Of a stretch of 64,000 nt of DNA, positions 1 to 13,396 are shown piece after piece. This DNA is from Takakia lepidozioides (taxonomy: Eukaryota > Plantae > Bryophyta). Below the pieces are notes generated by a model that was given only the letters and a program-made list of their open reading frames with translations, was not told where the DNA came from and did not search any database. The stretch covers positions 75,144,001 through 75,208,000 of the forward strand of contig CM060731.1 in the NCBI GenBank assembly GCA_030704615.1. Reading direction: 5' to 3'. Each line of letters opens with the position of its first letter. Position 1 is the first letter of the stretch. A program made the translations under genes and the position numbers.

Positions 1-439
1 AGAATTTATGTTACTTCAATAGCTCATGATTCTCTCCGCAAAGCCTAGAAAAGCCACAGAAGGGCGAAGTCACAGATTGGCCTGGCATGGACGATTAATG
101 TTTTTTCTCGTCTGTTTTCTCTTTTCCTTTGTATTGGAAGCCCTCTGAGCTGCCTATAAACATAACAATTCTCTTTTCTTTCTCTTTTGTTTGTTTTGAA
201 AATGGAGAACCAAAGTTTATGAACTAGCTAGCCCTCATAGCACGACACTACCACCAAGGCAGACTATTGAGTCTGGGAAGCCTTAATTGACCTAGCTCAC
301 TCAACCCACCAGTGACTCTTTTTCTCTCTCTGCCATGGCCTGTTGGAGAACAACACTTCTCTTGTATCTCTCATCCATCTATTATAATCTGAAAAACTTT
401 TTCTCTGTGCTACTGTCTGAAAGTTGGAATTGCGTGTAG

Positions 440-3400
440 TTATGGCCAGAGAAATTTCAGAACAAAACAAATGGGGTGACACCCAGACGCTGGCTTTCTT
501 TCTGCAATCCTGAACTGAGCCGGGTCATCACCAAGTGGCTAGGTTCTGAAGATTGGGTACTCCATACAGAGCAACTAGCTGGGCTTCGCAAGGTATCCTT
601 CTCTCCATACCCTTCAGTGTGTCAACATTGTTTCTTGGAGGAACATTTCATTAGACCTCAGATTCAAAATACAGGCTTGCTGTCACAACATGCTCTTAGA
701 AATTTTGATACGGGATAGTACTTATATCCATGAAATTTCAGGATTAGACATTTGAGGGAAAAATCGAATGCTGTATTTTCCTGATCTCATTCATTTGGCT
801 CAAGCGGTGCAGTTTGCAGACAATAGCGAATTGCATAAGGATTGGGTGGAAGCCAAGAAAGCAAGGAAAGAGAGACTGGCAGCATACATTGAGGACAAAA
901 CTGGTTATGTTATCAGCCCCAATGCTTTGTTTGACATTCAGGTCTGTCCTATCTGTGTTCTCTCCTCTGACTGGACTGTGTACCTAAATGTATGATGGTT
1001 GACCTGTCTTTGTTGGGGATTTCATGATCTTCCATGGTTGTGATTCAGGGTTCTTTGGGAAAGTTTGTTGTGGATTGTTTTTTCCTTCTCTCACACAAGA
1101 AGTGTGAACCATCATTTGCTGCTGCATTTCTTCCGTCTCTTTCCTTATGTCTTTTCCAATCTGGCAGCCAGTGACCTGGTGATATGTAACCCTTTTCGAT
1201 TGGGTAACAATCTTATTATGGAACATCTTCAGCCCTCACAGCCAGTATCAACTTCAGTTGAGTTCCAAATCACGATGTGGGCAACACAACTTCTAGTTGA
1301 GTTGCACTATGCGGTGGTAAAGCATGCTAACGAGAAATTAGCAGCTTTGTTTCAATAGAAGATAGTATCCAGGGCTCTCTTCTGAAGCTTGTGTAGGACC
1401 TAAGACCCCACATCACTAGAAGTCCACAGGCATTTAGAAAGCCTGTTCAACTAGAGTTGGGCCGGATATAATGGATGAGGCATATGGTAATTGAATCTTG
1501 TATCCAGTTCCTCAGATGAGAATCCTAGATTTGTTAGAATTCTGGTTATGGGCTACAACGCCCACTTTTGAGACATCTGACATGTAATTAAACATAGTAA
1601 TTAACGTTAGTTGTTAATTAGCATAATTTTGATACCTACTTGAATAGATCTAATTCTTGGTTCATTACTGTTTACAGTGAAACGTTCTATTGGACCTTTA
1701 ACACGATGTACAACACCACTTAGTGAATCTCCAACTGAATTATGTTAGTCTTTTGAGTTGTTTATGAAGAAATTAAGAACTATTCTATGTTCTCGAATGT
1801 TTCCGTGTTTCAAGCCTTTGGTCAAAGCAGATTGTTGAAGTTTGTGAGTGTGACGCTTGTAGAGCTTTTTCAGCCCCTCTGGTGAGTTAGGTCCTGCACA
1901 AACATGAATATGCATCTCTACATTGGGATATCTTTGAAGTTTGACGATCTCAAACATCAGGTCTTGTAAGCTACACCCATAGCTGGTCAATCACTTTATA
2001 CCTGGGTAGTGTAGAGTGTATTGTCATAGCCAGTAAGGTTATCATTCATGGTAGATGTCTAATGCTAGGCCACCCTTTGTTTTTCTAAACTGCTGGTTTC
2101 TGCTGATAACAGGTGAAACGCATTCATGAATACAAGCGACAGCTGCTCAACATAATGGGGATAATTTATCGGTACAAGAAGATGAAGGAAATGAGTTCCA
2201 AGGAGCGGAAGGCCAAGTATGTGCCGCGTGTTTGTATGTTTGGTGGCAAAGCCTTTGCTACATATTGGCAAGCAAAGCGCATTGTGAGACTCATAGCGGA
2301 CGTGGCTGCAACTGTGAACAATGACCCTGAGATTGGAGATTTGTTGAAGGTTATCTTCATCCCTGACTACAATGTGAGTGTGGCTGAGGTCCTCATTCCG
2401 GCAAGTGAACTCTCACAGCACATAAGGTAACACTCTTCTCTGTACCTCCCCCTTTCTCAGATACACGTACGAGATGTAACTCTTATGGTCTGATGACAAT
2501 GGCAGCTTGGAGAATGAACGTGGACTCTTTTGTAATCAATGCTGGAGGCCAGTCCATACACATTCAGCACTAAGGCTAGGACATTATGCAGTTGTCTAAG
2601 TTGTTTGTGCGACTTTGCTATCCACCAATCAGGGCTATTTTCATTTTGTTTCGCTCGGAGCCTCGAAGCGCTTGGTAAAGTGTCTATTAACCTTGCAGGG
2701 AAGCCAGTGAGACATATTGCAAATCTTTAGTGCCAGGAGCAATTGATAGGCAGGCCTCTATGTTACTCTGAAGCACCTGAAGTCCTCCCTGGACACACCA
2801 GACAGTTGTTGTGTTTACTGGTTCAGCACTAAATGGGCTCCTCTCAAGCAATTGTATGGTAAAGTGACTCCAGTATCTTTGTGGATAACCAGCTAAGAAT
2901 ATCAAGGATCTTTGTGGGCTGCAGTACTGCAGGAATGGAAGCCAGTGGAACAAGCAACATGAAATTTGCAATGAATGGATGCATTTTGATTGGAACACTT
3001 GATGGTGCCAACGTTGAGATCCGGGAAGAAGTTGGGGAGGAGAACTTTTTCTTGTTCGGGGCTCTTGCTGATGAGATTGCAGGGTTAAGGGCAGAGCGGG
3101 CTGCTGGCAAGGTGTGGCTGCAAAGCCCAAGTCTCTACATCTGATCTTCTGTTCTTGCAAAATGCAAAGTGTGCACCCATTCCAAACAATCATATTAACA
3201 AAAAATCTTGTGCAATTACTAGCGATTAGCTTTTCATGGAATCAACTGCAAGGAAGGGATCCCAGGCTTGACCAATCTCAATGGAAATTTTCCTAGCTAC
3301 AGTCAAGGATATGGTACATGCATTGTAGCTCTTGGGATGGGTGGCATCAATGTCTGTAGTTTTCTCCCTGGTGCCATTTATCTGAGAAGTTGTGTTCATT

Positions 3401-3961
3401 GCATTGGGAACAGTTTGTGCCCGATCCAAGGTTTGAGGAGGTGAAGACGTTTATCAGGAGTGGCGCTTTTGGAGACTATGACTACAATGAGCTTTTGGGT
3501 TCATTAGAAGGCAACGAGGGCTATGGAAGGGGTGACTATTTCTTGGTTGGCAAGGATTTCCCTGCCTATATAGAGTGCCAAGATGAAGTGGATGTTGCCT
3601 ACAGGGACCAAGAGGTAAATTTGTTACAGCCGTAATGCTCCTTGCTCTTGCTCCATGCCAGTAATACAGGATGGATGTCTGGAGCAGTTGCTTATGTGTC
3701 AGATATCTCGGTTTACGCAGTCGTCAACAAGTCAAAATGCTGCTGCCATGCTCTCAAGGACATTTTGGGCAGTTTCTTGTTTGACTCAGTTTCTTAGGCC
3801 AAGTTTTTCTCGGGGTTCTGACATTTTATTGACGTCAATTGCAGAGATGGACCAGGATGTCAATCCTAAATACAGCAGGCTCCTACGAATTTAGTAGTGA
3901 TCGCACCATCCATGAGTATGCCAAAGAAATTTGGGAAATTACTCCTTCCCCGGTGGTTTGA
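440..3961 (+). CDS. PHS1: Alpha-glucan (starch) phosphorylase, plastidial type, 3' part. Exons 440-592, 813-941, 2113-2426, 2925-3111, 3414-3614, 3845-3961; the 5' exons lie outside the window
   Basis: GT-AG-bounded exons join in frame and give [26 protein letters not shown], the PLP-lysine motif [19 protein letters not shown] and [15 protein letters not shown]; TGA at 3959-3961. [13 protein letters not shown] and [13 protein letters not shown] fit the plastid isoform better (recall). Confidence 0.92.
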
Positions 3962-4959
3962 TTGCTGGATTATTTCACCACATTGATGTTGAAGACAACA
4001 CATAGGGGTAGTCTGTCCAGAATTGGTCTCCGCCTCTGCTTGTGATTGTGATAGATTGGTTCAGTTGACTGAATTCAGCCTAAATTTTCATTCAGGTGAG
4101 ATGTGGGGTAGGATCATCCAGCCTCTAAAATACTCCCAATGGGTCGTCTCAAAGGTCAGAATATCGGCTGCTTCTGCATAAATAAGAATGCCTTCATGGT
4201 CCTGGATTTGGATTTTCCAGCCACTGCACAAAGATTGTCAGGTTAAGCTTGATTTGCAAGCTTTCAAAGTTTGCTAGGTTAAGCAATTTGTCAGCGTGGA
4301 AAGAGTGTCGAAGTGTTGAGATAAAATGTCTTAGACCAAGAGAGTGACATTTCGGGTGAAGCGATTGGGTAGGAGCAGGGATTATAAAGGAAGCATAGGA
4401 ATGCTGGCAGGCTCTCCATGTCACATATCATATGCACCACATTCAAAGAATTGTGCCCCAAAGTATGTGCCACTGCTGCCATGGTCGGTAGGCAATTGAT
4501 TCTGTCGCTTTTTAGGTCTCTTACTCGAGGTTTGATAAGAAGAATAAGGAGAAGTTTATGTCTCTATGAATTGGTTCAAAAACAAATGACAATTCCGTGG
4601 ATTAATTGGAGCTTTTAATGAAAAGGTTACTAAACGATATGTTCTCAGCAAAAGGGAAAACGATAGGCATATAAATATTCTAGGGACAACTGAGGGTCGG
4701 AGACTATTTTAGCGTAGAGCAGGAATAGGGTGCCATAGTGCCACGTCATAGTCACCATGTCATCATAGACACGTCGTCGTAGCCACATCATCGTCGTCGC
4801 GTCGTCGTCGTCAGCCACGTCATCGTCGTCATTTCTCTGTGAGATCGGTTGTAACGGAACCTCGCATAGCAGATACAAAGAATGTGTAGGGCGAGGCCCG
4901 TGGACGGGGGCCTTCCTGAAATGAGGGGCCCGGCACGAACATGGATAGAACAAGGCCAT

Positions 4960-5860
4960 CGATAGAACAAGGCCATCGATAGAACAAGGCACTCCTAATG
5001 AAGGCACCTTCTTCAACACATTTCACCCTGTTTTGAAGGCACCCTTTAGTAGGGTTGGGGTGTTTGCTGGAAGAACTTCACGCCGTCAGTGTCAGCTGCT
5101 AGCAGCGAGGCCGAGGATGTATTCATGATTGGTACACAGGCAGGGATAGAGGTCCAGATCCATCCAAGAGGGTCGGATTTCAAACACAAGATTACTTCTG
5201 ATTCCATGTGGATCAATAGCTACAAGAAATCTGCGTGGGTATAGGGTCAACTGGAAACAGCAGCGGCAGCAGCACAATTGATAGAACAAGAGTGACTTTG
5301 ACATGATACTGCCAATGTGACAACAGGAAATACCTGTTGGATTTTAGAGAGTAGCAGATGCAATTGATAATATGAACTAGTGAGTTGAGTTGGGTGTTTC
5401 CTAGAAAAAATCTAGGCTGTCATTGTCAGCTGCTAGCAGCAAGGCAAGCAGAGGCACGGATAGCTGAAGGAGCAGGGATAGAATGTGGGTTCAGATTCAT
5501 CCAAGAGGGCCAGATTTCAAGCACAAGATTGCCTATGATTACCTGTGGAAGGTTAGCTACAAGAAACCTGCATGGGTAGATGGTCAACTGGAAGCCGCAG
5601 CAGCCGCGGCACAATTGATAAAATCAGGCACTGCTAATAAAGACACCTTCTTCAACACATTTCACCCGAGTCGGCCCTAAATTTTCATGTTGAATTCTGC
5701 AAGTTAGCTAGTTGAGTGATCTAGTTTGGAGTGACTTTGACATGATACTGCCAATGTGACAACAGGAAAGTATCCAAAAACAGGTAACAGAGATGAGGAG
5801 AAGCTGTGGAATGAATACTTTTCTGACCCCACTCAATGGTGGGGCAACCGAGGCAAAAAG
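4960..5860 (+). pseudogene. Tandemly repeated, decayed exon/intron modules encoding PDF motifs of organellar ssDNA-binding (OSB) type
   Basis: IHPRGPDFKHKIAYDYLW...KKPAWVDGQL at ~5495-5620; a second copy IHPRGSDFKHKITSDSMW with an in-frame TAG at ~5158-5280; EEKLWNEYFSDPTQWWGNRGKK followed by a GT donor at 5795-5862. This matches the W..P..WWDNR..K..P..PDFKHK...LW motif. Confidence 0.75.
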
Positions 5861-5871
5861 GTGAATGCCTG

Positions 5872-6675
5872 TCATATTAGCAGATGTCATTCTGAACACT
5901 GCCCTGGTGGACATGTATGCCAAATGTGGGTGCATCGAGGATGCAAAGGGAGTATTCAACACTATGGCTGAACGAGATGTGGTGTCGTGGAGTGCGATGC
6001 TTGCAGGGTATGCACAGCAGGGGCGTGGGATGGAGGCTTTGGAGACCTATGAGCAAATTGAGGGAAGGGTGAAGCCCGACCACATAACGTTTGTGTGCGT
6101 TTGCAATGCGCGTGCAAGCCTGGCAGCCCTGGAAAAGGGCAAAGAGGTCCATGGTTGCATCGTCAAATCTGGAATTGTACCAGATGTGATTCTGAACAAT
6201 ACCCTTGTGGACATGTATGCCAAATGTGGGAGCATTGAGGATGCGGAGGGAGTCTTCAACAATATGGCTGAACGACATTTGGTGTCATGGAACGCTGGAG
6301 ACTGCCCTTACTGACATGTATGCCAAATGGGGGAGTACAAAGGATGCACGTGATGTGGTCTCTTGGAGTACAACGATCACAGGATATGGTCAACATGGTT
6401 GTGGCCGTGAGGCTTTCAAGATGTATGAGCAAATGATACTGGAAGGGGTGACACCTGACAAGGTCACCTCATATCTGTTCTCAATGCATGTTCCAGCCTG
6501 GGAGCTCTGGATAAAGGACAAGAGGTTCATGGTGACATCAACAAAACTGGAATAGTGCCAGATATATTGGTGGAGACAGCCCTTGCTGACATGTATGCTA
6601 AATGTGGTAGTGTCAAGGAGGCACGTCCAGTTGATTGCAGGATATACTCAGCATGGGTTTGCTATGGAGGCTTTC
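5872..6675 (+). pseudogene. PLS-class PPR gene remnant with frameshifts
   Basis: Repeats of ALVDMYAKCG..DA..VFNNM.ERDVVSW.AM..GYAQ.G...EAL and PD.ITFV.V.NA.ASL.ALEKGKEVHG, broken by frameshifts near 6300 and 6470. Confidence 0.88.
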
Positions 6676-7539
6676 GGGCTCAGTCACTGTGGCATTTGCC
6701 TTCCATAGTGAGGAGACTACGAGCAGCATGAACACAAGAGTCCCTGCCATTCCTGCCATTTCCTTGTGATCACACAGTTATCTGCAATATGAAGGTAACT
6801 TCTTGTCTCCAACTTTTCTAGTTAGAATAAGCTGATGATCACAGAGGGATTCAGAAATTTGAAATGACATTTTAATTTGACATTGAAATGCATATCAGGT
6901 ACCACATACAAACTTACTTTAGATGTAGAGGCCTTATTCTAAGACCTACTTATCTCCCTTTTCCCTGGGTGAGAACGGAACTGTAATGTCATAGAGCCTG
7001 CAACAGAGCCTCCGAAAGTGGTATTGCTGTGACAGTTGGTTGCCAATAAACTTTATTTTCAAAGGATTCTGTTATTTATTGATGTCACATTCACACTGAT
7101 GCAGGTCTTGGGCCCCCTTCATTCAGCTATGCACCAGATTGCAGAGCTTGTTGGCCCCCTTGAACAGATTCAAAGAGGCAAGGTTGGTTCCTGGTACTTT
7201 GCTGGGTCTCTTCCTCTCCTCTGCCATTCTTTCTAGGATTCTTACCTGGGGTAGGCTTTGCTCGGTCATGTACTGGGATTTATAATTATTCTGTTTCTTA
7301 CTTACTGGTTTAGGTGGGCTGCCTTATGCTTGTGGCCAGCGCTGAACTGTACATGGTTAAGTCGTTGCCCTCTCATAGTTTCTTGTAATTCCTAGTTACA
7401 CCAATGTGTTCCCTTAATCTGCTTCGGATAAATTCTCGGGTATGACTCCATCCTGCCCTGCCCCAACCCTAAGCCCAAGCCCAGATAGAATTTCTGGGAT
7501 GACGTGAGTATTAAACAGTATTGCTATGTTCTTACCAGG

Positions 7540-8125
7540 TACTGCTAACCTGAGACATCATGGGGTTTCATTGTGGGGATAGCATTATTGTGCATGGGCC
7601 GTCAGCATATGAAGATGAAGAGTGGCGCCATTTCATCATTGCACATGGTGACAGCACTGCCAGCTTCCCTTATGTTATGCCATGTTCCCGCTGCAAGGTG
7701 GGTGCCATGCGATTGGCCTCATCACACACTATTACAAGCCAGAGCTAATGTTTAGCTGATGTTTCTAATGCTCACCTTTGCAGCTCGATAGTTATGAGGC
7801 ACTCCTCCTCTGTGTGATATTTGGATTTTTCTCTGATTATGGACATTTGGTTTTCTCCTGGTGGTCTAGTGTGTCCCATCTCCCATGCACATAGTGAATG
7901 TCTTTCTTGTGTCAATTCCATACCAGGCAAGTGGTCTATTTGTCTGTAGACTTTGATACTGCATCCTCCCAAGGAAAAGTCATCACCTCATGTATCTGTA
8001 ATTACTTTGATAAATTTTGGTGAAATGTGAAATTATATAGGAGCCTGGACAGGTTGTGTGATGTTCACAGGTGCCCACCATCAACATGGAAAATCCTCAA
8101 GGCACTGGCAAAGAACCATTGAAAG
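7540..8125 (+). pseudogene. MOSC-domain (mARC / Moco-sulfurase C-terminal-like) gene fragment, two exons
   Basis: IIVHGPSAYEDEEW...PCSRCK|gt (ends ~7697), then ag|VPTINMENPQGTGKEPLK|gtaag (8071-8124). This resembles the MOSC CSRCKVPTIN..G.EP motif. Confidence 0.7.
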
Positions 8126-8399
8126 TAAGCCCCTGCCCCCGTTGGGGATCCTAATACCGTTGTCAGTTTGTCAAGTGTAACAGTGAATGCAGCAACAAGT
8201 ATGGGCTGGCCCTCTGTTCAACTGCTGCCCTCCCAGGCCTGTTTGATGCATAAGACTGACTGAAGTGGCTGCTGGTACAACTTCTGGTACATTTGTGTAG
8301 GCAACATAGCTGGAGTTATGGGAATTTATGACATCGTGGTCAATATTAAACGCCTCAACAATCTTTGATCACGTGGAATATAATGTTGGCAGGATTTAC

Positions 8400-8690
8400 C
8401 AAGCATGGGATGCTTTGGAGACCTATGAGCAAATGATGCGCAAAGGGGTGAAGCCCAAGCATATCACGTTTGTTTGTGTTTGCAATGCGTGTGCAAGCCT
8501 GGGAGCCCTGGAAAAGGGGAAAGAGGTCCATGGTGACAACGTCAAAGCTGGAATTGTACCAGATGTCATTCTGAACTCTGCCCTCGTGGACATGTATGCC
8601 AAATGTGGGTGCATTAAGGATGCGAAGGCAGTGTTCAACAATATGGCTGAACGAAATGTGGTGTCGTGGAACGCGATGATCACAGCTTCT
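8400..8690 (+). pseudogene. Second PLS PPR fragment, paralogous to 6030-6295
   Basis: ALETYEQM...KPKHITFVCVCNACASLGALEKGKEVHG...ALVDMYAKCG; the nucleotides are nearly colinear with 6030-6295. Confidence 0.85.
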
Positions 8691-10265
8691 ATGTGCGTAA
8701 ATACTGCTTTAACTGAGGCCATCTTCCAGCTTAAAATCTTTAATACAAGGCTGGCTGACAGCCCAGGCCCTCAAACATCTATCAGGCTCAAACCCACTGG
8801 ACTCAAGCCCTCTTAGTATGCTCGGGTCACCGACAATTTTAAGCACAAAGGACTCTCCTTTGCTTCCCTATTGTCACAAATACGGAGGGCCTGGAAATTG
8901 CATCCACGCAGGATTGCAATAGATGCATCAGAAGAGACTTATGACCTTCACGGGTTCCAAGGCCGGAAAGAGGCCAAACATGATGATCAAATCAGGAAAA
9001 ACAAAAGGAACTGTTTTCAGAAAATCAACAAGGAGAGCTCATAGAACAAACTACCTTCAACTTTGAAGAAAAATATCAATATCAATATCGGTATTTTTTA
9101 TCAAGACAGATTTTGTTCATAACAATAATTTTTGTCAAGCTAATTATGTTTATGTAGACAACTACTTTTTTTTCTCGGATATATGGTCGATATCAATTAT
9201 AACCAAAAAGAAAATTTGGGCATGTGTATAACTTCATCAAGGGGCTTGATTTGTGAGCTGTCACTCCCAGGTGTTTCCTTTTATTAAAAAAAGTTGTTCT
9301 ATGTGACATTCCTGACACAAAATTGGCACCTTTATAAAGAATGTGGGTATCATTTGCAAACGAGTACCTAGTACGGATAGAATTGAACTTTCAATTAGTC
9401 GTTGGATGTTCTTACAAAAATTGTGTTACTTTTTATCAGAAAGTTTGACCAATGCTATTCAAAGAGGCATGCTTGTAACCTTTTCATAGGCACTTCGCAG
9501 TGACTGCAATCAGAAGATTCAGAACTGACCACCTACTGAATATTACTGAATATTACACAATGGAATGGGCCAGGCCTGTTCGGTGCCGTCCTCGAAAAAA
9601 ATATCTCGTCCTGTCAAGTAAGCCACTTTTCTCGGCAGGCAGCTCACCAGGCTGAATGTCTGCTGGCCCACTCCATAGTACATATATAGGTGTAGCACAT
9701 CTGAACCTCAGATGCAAGAGAATCTGTTTGCATTAGTCAAGTTTACATTTCACTTTTTATGAAGCATAAAGAGGGGTACATGTGTACCTCTGTCTGCATT
9801 TGCATGCGTACCTGGTGTCTGCATCTACATTTCTTGACAGTCAACAGTTGCCATGACCATCTCATCTGCAATATTGAATCTTCCAAATAGACCAATACTG
9901 AACCATGCTGCTGCTCTCTTCATTTAGAGGGGCAAAACAGCTACACCAGTAATTCTTCTGAACAGTCCAAGTATCAAAAGTCAAACGCATTACCAAGTAT
10001 GAAATTCGTGAATGCATGAGACTGTAGTAAGAACTGCTACAACAGAGCTCCTTTATGTCAATCCTGTCCTACAATCATGGTGTTTCCTACCCTGGGCCTG
10101 CCATTCTCAATTCGTCTATTTCCTCCACATCCTGTAGATCTTTGAATAACTTGTGAGTACCTGTGTCTCTGTCCACTCGCCTCTCCACCAGAAGAAGCCC
10201 CAAATGTCTCTTAAAGTGTAATCCTCAACTTGCACTCTGCAGTAAGATAACAACCCTAACTTGAT

Positions 10266-12906
10266 CTAAGCCATGATCTTGGCTGACTTCAAGTAGAGAC
10301 TATCCACAACCTTACTGATATTGGATATGGTTTCTAGTGTGGATGGGTAGATACCATCAGGTTTCACATCTTCAAAAATGATAAGACATCCAGCCCCTTG
10401 ATCCAGAGTCCCAGCAAACTTCTTGTCAAGAATCATCTGCGAGAGTTTCTTCTCCACAGCATCAATGGGGAGGCCAATGAGCTCAGATATGTGGGAAATT
10501 TCTACACGCGAGAAGGGCTCAATTAGCCGGCAAAGATTCTGCTCCAGCAATGTGTCATACAAAGATGATAAGTGACGGTGCACAATTGGGTCCTCCTCTA
10601 ATTGCTCCCGATATGCATTCAAAGCCTCTTCAAAGTCCTTGAGAGACCTTTTACCATAGGCCTCAGCTACTGCTTTCATTGCATCAAGCTCCACTCCTGT
10701 GTCACAGATACGTGCAATAAATGATCATCCCATACCCTTCTGCCTCCTTTCTGGCCATTCTGTAACAACTCTAGATGTCTCGGTATCCTCACAAAGTCGA
10801 TTACAGGTGAACCCTAACCGTTCTCATAAGACACCACAGTCCATGAGCCTGTTGTTATATGTTTGCTGATGTTGGTATGTCCTGACAGGTGTTTAATCCC
10901 GAGGAATTGCCAAGACTTACATCTTTGAACCTCCGAGGAAATGAATTTTCCAAGGAGTCTGTAGCAAATTTGCTCAGGACATTATCGTCCCTGGTATCAC
11001 TGCAGTCACTTCAGGTGATACCATGTCTACCAGTGTTAGATACCTCATTTGACTTTTGGTCCTCAGTTCTTCAAGGGGAAGTTGGTTTGACTTTGAAATG
11101 AGGTTACTCTTGTTGTGCCTAGAACGATACATCACGAGAACAAATATGGCAAATCAATTGGAACACAATTGAGCACTATACGATGCATCTCAGCAATGCC
11201 CATGATGGGGCATGTAGATGTCACCTTACAAGCATTCCATCAATCATGATTCTGACATCCAACCAGCAAAGGAAATCGGATGCTTCAGCAGTTGCTGCAG
11301 ACATTCATTTCATTGACTATGCTAGTGGCAGCTATAGCCAACCAGCTGTGATATCAGAGATAGTAAGAAGGATGTGCTTTGTTCCTGGAGAACTGTAAGC
11401 ATGGCCTTCCTCTACCCTCAAGTGAGGTCAGTAAAATGCCATGGTGTGTTTGAATGGGCTCTATTGACTGCAGGTAGACATCCCAGGACCTTTTGGGATC
11501 AGTGCGGTGAGCATTGTGGAAGCTTTACGAACCCTTCATGAACTGAATGGTATGAGTGCGAACAAAATTCTTGACAAAGAAAATCAAGTGCTAGACAGCA
11601 ATATGAGACCATGGAGGCACAATTCTTTCTGCACCCCTCTCATATTTCATGGAGAGTCATCCAAGGTTGGCAGGTTTTCTGCACCCATGTTACATAAAAC
11701 CTTTCACTGACTAGTGTTGTACAAAGATCTTGGCATATCAAATTCCCAGTATGCATGCAAAACAAAGATGGGACATCTGAAGGCTCCTCAGGTTGCTGAG
11801 CCAAGTGCGCCTCATGGACTGTTGCAAATGCCTGTGGAGAAGTGGGATCTCCCTTCTTCGAGACTCTAAGAAAGTGATTAGGGTTTGAAATGTCAAGTGA
11901 GCAAGGAATAATAAACCCTGCAGCCACAATTTCTCCATATGGTGCGATGGCAAAAAACCTAAGTAAGATAGCTTGCACAGAATCAATTCTACTGACCTGT
12001 ATACTTCAATCCAGCCTTTGACGAGATGAGGCTTCCGACATCATCAGCCTGGTTCGTCATGATCTTGCACAGTAGCATGTACTTGAGGCTGAAGACAGCA
12101 CGGGCGTCGTCCAATGCATTGAATGCTTCAAAAGCTTCAAAAAAATAGCTGAATCCGGTCTTGTAATCCTTTTCCTCTGCATGTAAAATTCCGCTCTGCA
12201 GATCAATTGTGCCTTGCTGCGCAGGGGGGACGTAGATGGCGTTGGCCGCCGTCCGTGCTGCTGTAAGGGCTGCTTTTGCCTTCGGCAAGTTTCTCAGAGA
12301 GAAATGCAACTTACATTCCAACAAATCAATGTCGACAAGCAGGAGCTTGTCATCGAGCCGTCGTACCTCCCGCACCAGATTCGTTAGCAAAGACAACGCC
12401 TCCGAGTACTCCTTGCTTTCCATCAAAAGAGCTGCTAGTCGGGCTTCCACTCTCTGTCGCAAGAACATGCGTTTCTCAGTTCGTGTCCAATCGACCATTT
12501 CCCGACATAGCGAGATCTGCAGTGTTGACGTCCCTGGGATCTTGGCTACGGCATCAATTATCCCTCTCACAATCTTAGCAGTTTTAGCCTTGGGAATCAG
12601 GCTGAAGTAAGGGCGCAGATCTGTGAGAAGGCTCCGAAGCTCTTCCGCCTTCTTCTCTTGAGAAAGCAGGTCGCCAAGGGCGGTAATTGCTTGCTCCTTG
12701 ATCCGAAGCACTTCAGACGTGGAAGAAGGATGCTGCAAAATCTCACGGAGCATAACTATGGCTTCCGTAGGTTTTGTGTCCTTGAGTTCCAAAGCATTCG
12801 CTAGGGTTTCAGTCGGAATAAAAGAGGAACTGGTGGAGGCCTTCTTTTCTTGCGCTGGCAGAGAAGACAAAGGATGGCTCACCACAGGAGAAGCCATAGC
12901 TATCAT
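10266..12906 (-). CDS. RPN6: 26S proteasome non-ATPase lid subunit RPN6 (PSMD11 homolog). Exons 12906-11997 and 10696-10266, with a 1300-bp GT-AG intron
   Basis: [54 protein letters not shown] and the PCI-domain [26 protein letters not shown]. The G|GA splice keeps the frame. The start may instead be ATG at 12897. Confidence 0.95.
10889..11665 (+). pseudogene. Two-exon fragment of a plant LRR/tubulin-tyrosine-ligase-like-12 (TTLL12) gene, antisense within the RPN6 intron
   Basis: ag|[18 protein letters not shown]...LQSLQ|gt (10889-11014) and ag|[26 protein letters not shown]....V.DS (from 11474), both phase 0. Resembles the plant TTLL12 VDIPGPLG..A.EI.ESL..L..LNG segment (recall). Confidence 0.65.
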
Positions 12907-13396
12907 TTGAAACACCACCGCAGGGCTCTCGCTACTCAAGGATCACTCGCCTATCTCCCCTCCCTGCTCTCTGTCTCTCTCCTCTCGCCTATCTCTCACA
13001 CTGCATCCGACATCGGACTCGACGAATCTTCCCCTTCGTTGCCGGTTTAGGGCTTAACTTATACATTACCTTTATGAAGGTTAGTTTATGTGTAATAATA
13101 CGACCTCTAAAATAAACTAAGTTACTTTTTGGCCGTGGATCAGGGCTCAAAACTGGGAACGGGAGATTACCTTTATGCAGGTTACTCTAGAAACAACGTT
13201 TCCATAGGTTCCATATTTGTGGGGTTTCTCGTCTAGGTATCTGCGCGGTAGGAACGATCCTTATTGCTCGGAGGGAGAGTCGCCTTGGGAGCTGTCATGT
13301 GCAGGTTCTCAGCAAGCTTCTGGGGAATCATGTAGTGCAAGTGGAGGAGGTTTGGTTGCAATGATCAATCTCCAAATTCTGAAGAAATTTCAGTAA

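Noticed and set aside
200-420. Possible LINE 3' remnant in the phosphorylase intron
   Set aside because: Similarity is too weak to support without a search.
3880-3900. Phosphorylase GSYEFSSDR where K is usual
   Set aside because: A single substitution in an otherwise intact gene; not enough to infer anything.
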